Shown: positions 9,923 to 20,150 of the stretch, one piece after another | Layout of the letters: each line of letters begins with the position of its first letter | Numbering within the stretch: the stretch's first letter is position 1 | The notes under the pieces: model-generated | Database searches by the model: none | Told to the model about the DNA's origin: nothing | Seen by the model: the letters and a program-made list of their open reading frames with translations, nothing else | Made by a program: the position numbers and the translations under genes | Origin: SAR86 cluster bacterium | Lineage (GTDB): Bacteria > Pseudomonadota > Gammaproteobacteria > Magnimaribacterales > D2472 | Direction: 5' to 3' | Length of the DNA stretch: 64,000 bases | Assembly (NCBI GenBank): GCA_003331645.1 | Contig: QOPI01000001.1 | Span: forward strand, 2,901-66,900

Positions 9923-10912
9923 TTAACCTCTATTTTTGATAAAAATTGATGATTTAGTCCAATCTTTATATTCTTGAGACGGCATTATACCTACATAATT
10001 ACCAGCCTTAGTAATATCTTTTGTTACTAGTGTATGAGCTCCAATTTGAACATTATCACAAATAGATAAGTGGCCTAATATTCCTGACAAGCCACCCATT
10101 TGTAAATTTTTTCCAATTACTGATGAGCCAGCAATAGCACAAGAAGCTGCGATTGCAGAATTTTTACCCAAGATAACATTATGAGCAATATGTACTTGAT
10201 TATCTAATTTAACGCCGTCATGAATTTCCGTATTTCCAAGCGCCCCTCTATCAATTGTACAACCTGCTCCAATTTCAACATTATTACCAATTATAAGGCC
10301 GCCTAATTGTTCAATTTTTTCATAACCATTTTTGAATGGAGCATAACCAAACCCATCACCACCAATAATTGACCCCGAATGAACAATTGAAGAAGCACCT
10401 AATAAAACGTCTTTAACAAATGTGCTATTTGCCTTAATAATAGAATTCTGTTTTAAATGACAATTAGGTCCTATAAAGCAATTAGGGCCTATAAAGACTC
10501 CATCTTCAATTATTACATTTTCTTCAATAATTACATTAGCTGAAATTGTTACTAAGCCTGATATCTTCGCAGTGGAAGATATATCAGCATTCTTATGTAT
10601 AAATGATTTCTTCATTTTCTTTTTAGGAGCAAACAATGATGAAATCTTAGCATATGCTAAATAAGGATCTGAGCATTTTAATAGAGTAATATCAGAATCT
10701 ATCTTATCCTCAGTATGAACAATTAAAGCTGATGCTGAGGTAGAAGTTAAGAATTTAGAGTATTTTTTGTTAGCTAGAAAGGTTATTGATTCTTTGCTTG
10801 CATCTTGAATTGTTGCTATATTGCTGATGATGATATTTTCATCGCCAGCAATTTTAGCATCAATAATTTTTGAAAGTTCTTTAAGGGTAAAAGATATCTT
10901 TTTTTGGCTCAC
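9923..10912 (-). CDS. lpxD: UDP-3-O-acylglucosamine N-acyltransferase
   Basis: 329 aa with hexapeptide repeats and an LpxD N-terminal domain (LKELSKIIDAKIAGDENI). Position is skp-lpxD-fabZ. Confidence 0.93.
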   Translation of the reverse strand: MSQKKISFTLKELSKIIDAKIAGDENIIISNIATIQDASKESITFLANKKYSKFLTSTSASALIVHTEDKIDSDITLLKCSDPYLAYAKISSLFAPKKKMKKSFIHKNADISSTAKISGLVTISANVIIEENVIIEDGVFIGPNCFIGPNCHLKQNSIIKANSTFVKDVLLGASSIVHSGSIIGGDGFGYAPFKNGYEKIEQLGGLIIGNNVEIGAGCTIDRGALGNTEIHDGVKLDNQVHIAHNVILGKNSAIAASCAIAGSSVIGKNLQMGGLSGILGHLSICDNVQIGAHTLVTKDITKAGNYVGIMPSQEYKDWTKSSIFIKNRG

Positions 10913-10920
10913 AAATTAGT

Positions 10921-11445
10921 TTATTCATCAGCTACAGAAGCAGCAACATCAAGCATTGAAGTAACATCATCAGTTATATCAAGTGCTGGATCTGCAAATA
11001 TTGCTGTATCTCTTGCAAGTAATACCTTGATCTGTTTTGCTGCTAATAGCTCGGATAGAATTTTTTGAAGTGATGGATTCATATCTCTAAAGATATTTTC
11101 AGCAGTCTCATTCTGTTTTGCTTGAATCTTTCCAACAATAAACTCAAGATCTTTTGATTTTTCTTGTATTGCCTTTTGAGAATTTGCAACTTCTTCTTGA
11201 GACATGGTCTCGCCATCTTTTTGAAGAGTTTCAGCTAAAGATTGTCTATCTGCCTGTAATGTTTGTGCTTGCTCAACATTAGCAGCATAGTCTGCATCCT
11301 CTTCTAGAGCTTTAAAAGTATCTTGCGCTAGTTGTGTTGATAAAACAGCAACTCTCATATCAATTACTGCAAAACCATCATTAGCAAATGACGGAACAGA
11401 TATTAATAAGAATACTGCTAAAAAAAGTCTATTTAAAATTTTCAT
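10921..11445 (-). CDS. skp: periplasmic chaperone Skp/OmpH
   Basis: 174 aa with a signal peptide (LLISVPSFA/ND) and a Q/E/K-rich coiled-coil body. It occupies the conserved slot between bamA and lpxD. Confidence 0.8.
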   Translation of the reverse strand: MKILNRLFLAVFLLISVPSFANDGFAVIDMRVAVLSTQLAQDTFKALEEDADYAANVEQAQTLQADRQSLAETLQKDGETMSQEEVANSQKAIQEKSKDLEFIVGKIQAKQNETAENIFRDMNPSLQKILSELLAAKQIKVLLARDTAIFADPALDITDDVTSMLDVAASVADE

Positions 11446-11518
11446 AATTGCCCCTGTATCAGTTGGTGTATTTTATATTAATTTGTAGAAATTAATACAA
11501 AAAGCATTAAATTATCCT

Positions 11519-13933
11519 TTAAAACACATTTCCAATTGTGAATTGAAATTGCTCTGTTCTTTCAAAAGGTCCTGCATTTGATGGTTTTGCAATAGCAAAA
11601 CTCATTGGACCAAACCCTGTTATCCAAGTTACCCCAACACCATAAGAATATCTTAATTCTTCAAGATCTGGTTCATAACAATTTATTTGATAGTCTTTAC
11701 AGTTAGTTGAAAAGACATTACCAAAATCAAAGAAGAATGCAGATCTCATTGATCGTTGATCTTCGATCATTGGGAGTTTAAAGATTAGTTGGAAACTGCC
11801 TTCGACCTTTACATTGCCTCCAATAGGCTGATCTCTATTGCTAAACATATATGGATTATAAGCTGGAGCATCTGGTTCACCATCAAAATTGGTGTCTCTT
11901 AAAGCTGGGCATAGGTCATTAACAGCATCATATTCATAACAAGGAGCTTGGGTACTTCTTGGGCCTAGGGTATTTGATTCAAAACCTCTCAATGATCTTG
12001 GTCCACCTGCATAGAAATTTTGGAAAAATGGTGAACTTTCGGTATCACCATATACATCCATATAACCTAATTCACCATTAAAACCAAAGACAAGATCAAG
12101 AACTCCTAATGGTTTGTAATACTTTTGTCTTATATTAAATTTGCCATACTGAATATCACTAAAGGGTAGTGCAAACATTAACATCAAGTCAGTTGATGAG
12201 CCTTCTGTGGGAAACATTCCTCTATTTAGAGTTATTCTTGACCAAACTGCCTGTAGGCTAAGAGTTTCAAATATATTACCTTCTGAAATAAGAAAATCAG
12301 ATATTTCTCTTGCTGGTAATGTTCCAGAATCAATATCAGTTTTATCATATGTGATATTAAGACCAACTCTTTGAGTATCAGAGATTGGATATCCAAATTG
12401 AAGACCTAACCCAGCTGAATTAGTTAAATAATTTGCAATATTAAACTCTCCATAATCAGTTTCTCTAAAATAGGCGTTATAACCCCTACTTACTCCATCC
12501 ATAGTAAAATATGGATCGAAGAAAGAGAGGTTGTATGATTCCTGGTATACACTTTTATTAATAGCTATTCCTACAGTATTACCACTTCCTAAGAAATTTC
12601 TTTCATTTAAATTAAATCCAAGCATTAATCCAAAGTCACTGTAACCAACATTTCCTCCGATCTGTCCTGTCGTTTCTTCTTCAACTTGATATATCGCATC
12701 AACTTGATCATCTGTTCCAGGAACAGGAATAGTCTCAACATTAACCTCTTTAAAATATCCTAATCTTTCTAGTCTAACTTTTGAGTTTTGGATTCTCTCA
12801 TCTGAAGTTGGAGCTCCTTCAAACTGTCTCATCTCTCTTCTAAGCACTTCATCTTGAGTAATTTGATTACCAGCAAAAATAATTTTTCTTGTATATGTTC
12901 TTTTGCCTGCATTGACTGCAAAAACTAAGTCGACTTCTTGGGTATCTTCATCAATTTCTGGAGAGCCTGTTACCTCTGCAAATGCATAACCCTCATTACC
13001 AAGAATAGAAGTGAAGTACTCTTCAATAGCGGTAATAGCGGCTTGAGAATATACCTTATCCTTTTGGGTTTGTATTACAGTTTCATAAGATTCAGGCTTA
13101 AGAGGTACGCTGCCTATAACACTCACATTTCGCACAGTATATTTTTCACCCTCATTTATTCCAAAAGTTATATGAATACCTTTTCTATCTCTTGTTAAAC
13201 TAACCTGAGTTGATTCTAGAGAGAATTTTAAATAGCCCCTATCTAGATAATATGATTCAAGATTTTCAATATCCCCTTGCAACTTTTCTCTAGAATATTG
13301 ATTATCATTTGTTAAAAATGACAAAATGCTTCCTTCACCTAATTCGAAGCTCCTTAACAATTCATCATCAGGGAATAATTTGTTTCCTAGTATGTTTATA
13401 CTTTCAATCGTAGCGCTGTCACCCTCATCCACTATAATATTTACTTCAACTCTATTTCTAGGTTTAGTAAGTTCTTCAACCTCAACATTTGCTCCATATC
13501 TTCCTTGTGATGCATATGACCTAACTAACTCAGCTTGCATCTTATCTAATGTTGATCTTTTATATACTTTACCCTCTGATATTTCTACGCCATTCAAGCT
13601 TTCTAATAATTGTTCTGTTTTGAGAGCTTTATTACCAGATATCTCAATTGCTGAAATTGAAGGTCTTTCTTGAACAGTAATGATTAAAGTCTTTGATTCT
13701 TTACCAATTTGAATGTCATCAAATTGTTCGGTGGCAAAAAGAGCTCGCGTTATATCTCCCACTTTTCTTTTATCAACCCTATCACCAACACTAACTGGAA
13801 TAACATTAAAAATACTACCTGTAGAAACTCTCTGCAACCCAATAATTCTAATATCATTGATTACAAACTCATCGAAAGCTGAAGCAAGATTAATAAAACT
13901 TAGAGAAACGATAAGTAAAAGTATTTTTTTCAA
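11519..13933 (-). CDS. bamA: outer membrane protein assembly factor BamA
   Basis: 804 aa with a signal peptide, POTRA repeats (RIIGLQRVSTGSI...), and a C-terminal beta-barrel ending FQFTIGNVF. Confidence 0.95.
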   Translation of the reverse strand: MKKILLLIVSLSFINLASAFDEFVINDIRIIGLQRVSTGSIFNVIPVSVGDRVDKRKVGDITRALFATEQFDDIQIGKESKTLIITVQERPSISAIEISGNKALKTEQLLESLNGVEISEGKVYKRSTLDKMQAELVRSYASQGRYGANVEVEELTKPRNRVEVNIIVDEGDSATIESINILGNKLFPDDELLRSFELGEGSILSFLTNDNQYSREKLQGDIENLESYYLDRGYLKFSLESTQVSLTRDRKGIHITFGINEGEKYTVRNVSVIGSVPLKPESYETVIQTQKDKVYSQAAITAIEEYFTSILGNEGYAFAEVTGSPEIDEDTQEVDLVFAVNAGKRTYTRKIIFAGNQITQDEVLRREMRQFEGAPTSDERIQNSKVRLERLGYFKEVNVETIPVPGTDDQVDAIYQVEEETTGQIGGNVGYSDFGLMLGFNLNERNFLGSGNTVGIAINKSVYQESYNLSFFDPYFTMDGVSRGYNAYFRETDYGEFNIANYLTNSAGLGLQFGYPISDTQRVGLNITYDKTDIDSGTLPAREISDFLISEGNIFETLSLQAVWSRITLNRGMFPTEGSSTDLMLMFALPFSDIQYGKFNIRQKYYKPLGVLDLVFGFNGELGYMDVYGDTESSPFFQNFYAGGPRSLRGFESNTLGPRSTQAPCYEYDAVNDLCPALRDTNFDGEPDAPAYNPYMFSNRDQPIGGNVKVEGSFQLIFKLPMIEDQRSMRSAFFFDFGNVFSTNCKDYQINCYEPDLEELRYSYGVGVTWITGFGPMSFAIAKPSNAGPFERTEQFQFTIGNVF

Positions 13934-13944
13934 TTTTATTCCTT

Positions 13945-15291
13945 TTAAAACCTTGCAACGTCATTAAAGACTGCGAATACCATTAAGAATATTATCATTA
14001 CAGTTCCAGTTGCATATACAAAATTCTCGACTTTGTCTGGCAATGGCGAACCTCTAATTGCTTCTACGCCAAGAAGGGTTAACTGACCTCCATCCAAGGC
14101 TGGTATTGGTAATAAATTTAACACCCCCAAACTAATACTTAATAATGCCATTAAATATAAAAAAGGTAGGATGCCTGCTTGAGCAGTATCACCTGCCATT
14201 TTAGCAATTCCAATAGGTCCTGAGAGATTTTCGGTACCCATATTTCCTGTTAACATTTTTCCAATAAATTGCAGTGTTTTTACACTCAAATTATAAGTTT
14301 CTTTAGAGCCTTTTATAAAAGATGCAAAAAAAGATCTTTTTAAGCCAAATTGAATACCTAATAGCCTTGATTGGATTCCTTCGGCATTTTGAACAAGATT
14401 CAATTCAACAGGTATTATATTTGTCTTATTGCCTCTTAATACCTCAATATCAACAAAGTTAGTATTAAGTGCATTAAGAGCTGGTGAGATTTCAGATGCA
14501 TATAAAATGCCTGAATTATTAATTGAAATAATTTGGTCATTTACCATCAAGCCAGCTTTTTCAGCAGCACCGCCAGGTAAAATACTTCCTATAATGGGTA
14601 AACTTTTCATTTTTATTGATATACCTAAGGCAGAAACTGGATTTTCTTGTTGCTTGCTATCTGTTAAAAAATTATCAACATCTAAAGTAATTGTTTTTGT
14701 CTGATCTAAGTTAACTTGATATACATCAATAGCAATTTGTCCTGACATGCCAGCTTTAGATAATAACTCTAAGCTTATGTCTTTTCTTTCATAAACGTTC
14801 ACACTATCTATTGAAATGATTTGATCGCCTTGATTAAAGGTAGAAGTATCATTAGTAGAATCTATAACAATTATTGATTTTGGATCTGGAGTTGAAGAAA
14901 AGATAAAGGAGAATATTAATATAGCTAAAATAAAATTTGCTAAAGGTCCAGCAAACATAATTGCTGCCCTTTGCAGTTTTGGTTTTGTATCAAAAGTCTT
15001 TTTTAGCTGCTCTTCGGTGAATTCATTTTTTAATTCAGGCTCAATCTCAAACATTTTTTGAGTGATCATTGATACGTATCCGCCTAAGGGAAAAGCTGAT
15101 AAAGCAAATTCAGTACCATGCTTATCTACTTTTTTGTATATTACAGGTCCCATTCCAAATGAAAATCTTGGGCAATGCACACCAAAAAAACGAGCAACAA
15201 AATAATGGCCACATTCATGAATAACGACCAAAACAAATAACAAGCCTATAAAGGCTCCAGCATATAATAATGTGTCTAATAAATAATTCAT
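13945..15291 (-). CDS. rseP: RIP zinc metalloprotease RseP
   Basis: 448 aa with the HECGHY zinc motif in TM1, two PDZ-like segments, and a C-terminal LNLLPIPALDGG motif. Confidence 0.93.
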   Translation of the reverse strand: MNYLLDTLLYAGAFIGLLFVLVVIHECGHYFVARFFGVHCPRFSFGMGPVIYKKVDKHGTEFALSAFPLGGYVSMITQKMFEIEPELKNEFTEEQLKKTFDTKPKLQRAAIMFAGPLANFILAILIFSFIFSSTPDPKSIIVIDSTNDTSTFNQGDQIISIDSVNVYERKDISLELLSKAGMSGQIAIDVYQVNLDQTKTITLDVDNFLTDSKQQENPVSALGISIKMKSLPIIGSILPGGAAEKAGLMVNDQIISINNSGILYASEISPALNALNTNFVDIEVLRGNKTNIIPVELNLVQNAEGIQSRLLGIQFGLKRSFFASFIKGSKETYNLSVKTLQFIGKMLTGNMGTENLSGPIGIAKMAGDTAQAGILPFLYLMALLSISLGVLNLLPIPALDGGQLTLLGVEAIRGSPLPDKVENFVYATGTVMIIFLMVFAVFNDVARF

Positions 15292-15301
15292 TTTGAAAAT
15301 T

Positions 15302-16453
15302 TTAAGTAAGAGATTTTATCACCTTATGCGCTTCCATGCGTGCTTCTTTGTTTAATTCATTTAAAGTTTCTATATCTGATGGTTTAGACAAAGGTATTGA
15401 ATCAAAAGTTCTATAGATAACCTCATAAATATCACAAAATGAAATATGTTTACTTAAAAAAGATTGAACTGCCATTTCATTAGCTGCATTAAAAACTAGG
15501 CCTGAAGAGCCTCCCATATTGCATATTTCTCTTGCTAAGCTTACAAGTTTTAATCTGTCCTTTGGAAATTCTTTAAATGTAAGCTCTAGATCTGAAAAGT
15601 TTAAAGCTTCATATGCAATAGGAATTCTGTATTCTTCTCCTAAAGCATTAGCTATTGGCACTTCCATATTTGGATTGCTCATTTGAGCTATACTTGATCC
15701 ATCAATATAAGTTACCACTGAGTGAATAATACTTTGAGGGTGAATTACAAGATCAAAAAACCTTTCATTTAAATTAAATAGATATCTTGCTTCAATCAAT
15801 TCAAGACACTTATTTACTAAAGTTGCCGAATCAATAGATATTTTAGATCCCATATCCCATTTGGGATGTTTTAAAGCAGCTTCAGGAGAGATATCAGACA
15901 ATTTTGATAAAGGTATATCTAAGAACGGTCCTCCAGATGCAGTTATTATTATCTTGCTAACACTCTCTGTTGATTGATCTAGCGGAAGACATTGAAAAAT
16001 TGCATTATGTTCACTATCAATTGGTATTATTTTAGCGCCCGATAAATTTGCAGCAGACATTAATAATTCACCTGCTGCAACTACACTTTCTTTATTTGCG
16101 ATTAACACAGTCTTTCCTGCATTGACAGCCATCATGCTTGTTTTTAGTCCAGCAAAACCAACAATTGCAGAAATGACAATATCTACTTCAGGGGCTTGAA
16201 TTAAATTACATAATTCATCCTCTGAATTAGAGATATTTTTATTCGGAAATCTAGAAGACACCAACTTAAAGGCATCTTGATCATCAATAAAAATATTTAA
16301 AGGTGAAAAATTTTTAATAATTTCTTCAACTTTAGTATTATTTTTTCCAGCAGCTATTCCATAAAGATTAAAGCTATCTTCGTTTTGACTAATAACCTTT
16401 AAAACACTGTCGCCAATACTTCCAGTTGCGCCTAATAAAAGTATATTCTTCAT
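15302..16453 (-). CDS. dxr: 1-deoxy-D-xylulose 5-phosphate reductoisomerase
   Basis: 383 aa with the N-terminal LLGATGSIGDS NADPH site, plus PIDSEHNAIFQCL and NKCLELIEA motifs. Confidence 0.95.
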   Translation of the reverse strand: MKNILLLGATGSIGDSVLKVISQNEDSFNLYGIAAGKNNTKVEEIIKNFSPLNIFIDDQDAFKLVSSRFPNKNISNSEDELCNLIQAPEVDIVISAIVGFAGLKTSMMAVNAGKTVLIANKESVVAAGELLMSAANLSGAKIIPIDSEHNAIFQCLPLDQSTESVSKIIITASGGPFLDIPLSKLSDISPEAALKHPKWDMGSKISIDSATLVNKCLELIEARYLFNLNERFFDLVIHPQSIIHSVVTYIDGSSIAQMSNPNMEVPIANALGEEYRIPIAYEALNFSDLELTFKEFPKDRLKLVSLAREICNMGGSSGLVFNAANEMAVQSFLSKHISFCDIYEVIYRTFDSIPLSKPSDIETLNELNKEARMEAHKVIKSLT

Positions 16454-17272
16454 TTAGATACCTGATATTTTTATAAAAATGTATAAGAATGTAAAAATGG
16501 TAGCGGCAGAAAGATGTGAGTCTACCCTATCTAAAATTCCACCATGGCCTGGTAGTATATTTCCAGTATCTTTAATGCTGCTGCGCCTCTTAAGATAACT
16601 AATCGAGTAATCTCCAACAAAAGCAAAAATAGATGAAATTAATATGATTGTAGCCATTAAGGAGCTCAGATTAATGAAAATAAATAGTAATGCGATAAAT
16701 GCCATCGAAGATAACAAACCGCCAAATAACCCTTCCAAGGTTTTATTAGGACTAATATTCTGCAGTAAGGGCGTTTTGCCATAACGAGAGCCTATTATAT
16801 AAGCAAAAATATCTACTAAAGCAGTATTAACAATAACAATAAAAAGCAATAAATGATTGTAATTCTCTATTTGCGTTATTGATAAAAGACTAGATAAAAA
16901 ACCAGTTATTAATAAAATCTTTAAAACAGCAGAATCAAAATGCATAAATTTGAGATAATCTAATCTATTCAATAATAAAAATACTGATAACAAGACCCAA
17001 ACTAAAGACGCTGCGATAATCAAAATTTTTAAAAAAAGTAGCTCAAAATAAAAACAACCAACAGCAAATAAAATTATAGAGACAGTGTCCATTATGTTAC
17101 TTTTTGAGTTTGAAAGTTTTGTCCATTCTGTATAGCTTAGAAGAACTATCGAAGCAATAACTATTGTTGTCACATATATATTTGCTATATAAATTAAAGC
17201 AAGAAATGGGATAATAATTCCCAAGCCTGTAAAAGACCTACGAATTAGAGATTGTTTAAATTCTTTTTCCAA
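16454..17272 (-). CDS. cdsA: phosphatidate cytidylyltransferase
   Basis: 272 aa polytopic membrane protein with the C-terminal signature KDTGNILPGHGGILDRVDS. Its start overlaps the uppS 3' end by 17 nt. Confidence 0.85.
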   Translation of the reverse strand: MEKEFKQSLIRRSFTGLGIIIPFLALIYIANIYVTTIVIASIVLLSYTEWTKLSNSKSNIMDTVSIILFAVGCFYFELLFLKILIIAASLVWVLLSVFLLLNRLDYLKFMHFDSAVLKILLITGFLSSLLSITQIENYNHLLLFIVIVNTALVDIFAYIIGSRYGKTPLLQNISPNKTLEGLFGGLLSSMAFIALLFIFINLSSLMATIILISSIFAFVGDYSISYLKRRSSIKDTGNILPGHGGILDRVDSHLSAATIFTFLYIFIKISGI

Positions 17273-17984
17273 ACCTTCTCTCCACCTTCTTAAAAGACTC
17301 TAAGCACCCTATAAAATCTTCTTTTGTATAATCTGGCCACAATTTATCAATAAACATTATCTCAGCATATGCTGCTTGGAATAATAAAAAATTACTCAAC
17401 CTTTTATCGCCACCAGTTCTAATGACTAAGTCTATTTTATCATTTGGCACTTCTGAAACTCTTCCAAACAAATCTTCATTAATATTATCTAAAGATATAT
17501 TACCTTGCTTGAATTCTTGTGCTAGATATTTGCTTGTATTAACGATATCCCTTCTTCCGCCATATCCTAGTGCAACATTTAATTGAAGTGAGGGATCTTT
17601 TATATAGGTATCATCTTGAGCATCTGAAATTCTTTTTCTTATTTTTGTACCAAAGCTATCTATATCACCAAAAAAATTTAAAAGAACACGTTTTTCAATC
17701 AGCTCTGGGACTTGATCAGATATAGCATCAACAATTAGTTTTTTAATTCCATTAATTTCACTTTCAGGTCTAGACCAATTTTCAGAACTAAACGCATAAA
17801 TGGTTAAACTTTTAATCTTCTGAATTACGCACTCTTGAACAATTTCTTTAACAACTCTTACCCCCCTTTCATGTCCTTGAGTAATTTTTAATTTATTAGC
17901 TTTTGCCCATCTTCCATTGCCATCCATAATAATAGCTACATTATTTAATAATTGAGATTTTGTATTGCTTTTGGGATGACCCAT
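17256..17984 (-). CDS. uppS: ditrans,polycis-undecaprenyl-diphosphate synthase
   Basis: 242 aa with IIMDGNGRWA, FSSENWSRP and IRTGGDKRLSNFLLFQAAYAE motifs. Confidence 0.95.
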   Translation of the reverse strand: MGHPKSNTKSQLLNNVAIIMDGNGRWAKANKLKITQGHERGVRVVKEIVQECVIQKIKSLTIYAFSSENWSRPESEINGIKKLIVDAISDQVPELIEKRVLLNFFGDIDSFGTKIRKRISDAQDDTYIKDPSLQLNVALGYGGRRDIVNTSKYLAQEFKQGNISLDNINEDLFGRVSEVPNDKIDLVIRTGGDKRLSNFLLFQAAYAEIMFIDKLWPDYTKEDFIGCLESFKKVERRFGKRI

Positions 17985-17994
17985 GATGGTCAGT

Positions 17995-18549
17995 TTATAT
18001 TTCTATGAGATCAGATTCTTTATTTTTTAATTCGGAATCTACAAGTGCAATAAAACTATCTGTTTCTTTTTGAATAATATCTTCAGAGCGTCTCATCTCA
18101 TCTTCAGATATTTCACCAGATGATTGCATATCTTTAACCTGATTATTTGCATCTCTTCTTATATTTCGAATAGATATTCTAGAATTTTCAGCCTCATTTC
18201 TTGCTTGTTTGATATAGCCTTGTCTAGTCTCTTCAGTTAAAGATGGCATAGTTACTCTGATTATATCTCCAGAAGAGCTAGGATTAAGTCCCAAATCTGA
18301 AGATGCAATAGCTTTTTCGATCTCTGGCATTAAATTTTTATCCCATGGAGAAATAACAAGAGTTCTGCTCTCTTCAACAGTTATATTAGATGTCTGATTT
18401 AAAGGAGTTAAGCTCCCGTAATAATCTACCTTAACATCGTCAAGTATTGCAGGGTTGGCCCTGCCCGTCCTTATTTTATTAAATGAAGAATTTAAGGAAT
18501 CGATTGATTTACCCATTCTTTCTTTTAATGATTCAAGTATATTATTCAT
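17995..18549 (-). CDS. frr: ribosome recycling factor
   Basis: 184 aa with the RTGRANPAILDDVKVDYYG motif. Order is pyrH-frr. Confidence 0.97.
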   Translation of the reverse strand: MNNILESLKERMGKSIDSLNSSFNKIRTGRANPAILDDVKVDYYGSLTPLNQTSNITVEESRTLVISPWDKNLMPEIEKAIASSDLGLNPSSSGDIIRVTMPSLTEETRQGYIKQARNEAENSRISIRNIRRDANNQVKDMQSSGEISEDEMRRSEDIIQKETDSFIALVDSELKNKESDLIEI

Positions 18550-18550
18550 A

Positions 18551-19264
18551 TTAGGATATTATTGTACCAATATGATCTCCACAAATAATTTCTTTTAGAG
18601 CATTTTTTTGATTTACATTAAATACGTTTATGGGCAGTTTATGATCGCGTGCCAACGTTAATGCTGTTGCATCCATTACTTTCAGGTTTTTTGAAATAGC
18701 CTCATCAAATGATAAAGATGGATAGAATTTTGCATCTGGGTTTGCTTCTGGATCTTCTGAATATACTCCATTTACTCTTGTTGCTTTTAACATTAGATCT
18801 GCTTGTATTTCAACAGCTCTAAGACATCCAGCAGTATCTGTAGTAAAAAATGGATTTCCGGTACCAGCAGTAAAAATGACAACATATCCATCACTTAGAA
18901 GTTGAATAGCAAGTCTTCTATCATAATGTTCAACTAACCCAGCTATAGGTATAGCTGACATTACTCTTGTTTTTACTCCAGCTCTTTCTAAAGAGTCTCT
19001 AAGTGCAATCCCATTCATTACTGTAGCAAGCATCCCCATGTGATCACCAGCTACTCTATCCATGCCAGCTTGATTAAGTTTTTCTCCACGAAATAGGTTT
19101 CCTCCGCCAATAACAATTCCTATTTCAGCATCTATATCTTTACAATCTTTAATAGATGTAGCCATTGAATCAAGTATTTTTGGATCAATGCCATGCTCAT
19201 CATCACCAGCGACAGATTCACCACTAAATTTAACTAGTAGGCGTTTGTGCTTCAAATCAGACAT
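18551..19264 (-). CDS. pyrH: UMP kinase
   Basis: 237 aa with KRLLVKFSGES, GGGNLFRG and TGNPFFTTDTA motifs. Confidence 0.97.
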   Translation of the reverse strand: MSDLKHKRLLVKFSGESVAGDDEHGIDPKILDSMATSIKDCKDIDAEIGIVIGGGNLFRGEKLNQAGMDRVAGDHMGMLATVMNGIALRDSLERAGVKTRVMSAIPIAGLVEHYDRRLAIQLLSDGYVVIFTAGTGNPFFTTDTAGCLRAVEIQADLMLKATRVNGVYSEDPEANPDAKFYPSLSFDEAISKNLKVMDATALTLARDHKLPINVFNVNQKNALKEIICGDHIGTIIS

Positions 19265-19267
19265 ATA

Positions 19268-20125
19268 TTATTTTAGTTGCTCAGCAACTTCATCAGCAAA
19301 ACTTTTAGATTCAATTTCTATACCCTCTCCAACCTTAAATCTAACATAACCAATAACTTCTGTCTTCTTACCATCTAGTAAGTTGCCAACAGTAATATCA
19401 GGATCTTTTATAAAAGCTTGTGAGATAAGTGATGCTTCAGCAAGAAACTTTCGTACCTTGCCTTCAACCATTCTTTCCATTATTGATTCATCTTTTCCAG
19501 ACTCTCTTGCTTGCGTTTCAAAGATAGCCTTTTCTCTTTCTAAGACCTCGTTATCGATATCCTCTGGAGATTTACATAATGGATTTGATGCAGCAATATG
19601 CATGGCAATGTCCTTAGCTAGTTCTGATTCAGAGGAATCGATTACTACCAATGTAGCTAATTTGCCATCTGAATGTATATATGAACCTACAGACATAGAG
19701 CTATTAAAATCTATTGTTTCTATTCTTCTTAATTGGATATTCTCTCCAATAGTTTGAACTAAACTTAGTCTTTTTTCTTCTATTTCAGTATTTAAAAACT
19801 CTTCTGTGTTGTTAATCTTATTATTTGCAATAAATGCGGCAACTTCATCGGCAAAAGCAATAAAACCTGCATCTTTAGCAGCAAAATCAGTTTCTGAGTT
19901 AATTTCTATAATGGTTGCATAATTATCTGCAGCAACAATTCTAATAACTCCATCTGCAGCAACTCTAGAAGCTTTCTTTTCTGCTTTTAAGGAGCTATTA
20001 GATCTAAGAAGGTCCAGCGCCTTTTCGATATCGCCCTCACATTCGACCAGTGCTTTCTTACATTCCATCATGGCCACGCCTGACATATCTCTTAATTCTT
20101 TTACTTGTGATGCTTTAATTTCCAT
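19268..20125 (-). CDS. tsf: elongation factor Ts
   Basis: 285 aa with the N-terminal UBA-like VKELRDMSGVAMMECKKAL. Position is rpsB-tsf. Confidence 0.97.
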   Translation of the reverse strand: MEIKASQVKELRDMSGVAMMECKKALVECEGDIEKALDLLRSNSSLKAEKKASRVAADGVIRIVAADNYATIIEINSETDFAAKDAGFIAFADEVAAFIANNKINNTEEFLNTEIEEKRLSLVQTIGENIQLRRIETIDFNSSMSVGSYIHSDGKLATLVVIDSSESELAKDIAMHIAASNPLCKSPEDIDNEVLEREKAIFETQARESGKDESIMERMVEGKVRKFLAEASLISQAFIKDPDITVGNLLDGKKTEVIGYVRFKVGEGIEIESKSFADEVAEQLK

Positions 20126-20150
20126 TTATTTAATAGTCCTTTAATAAAAA

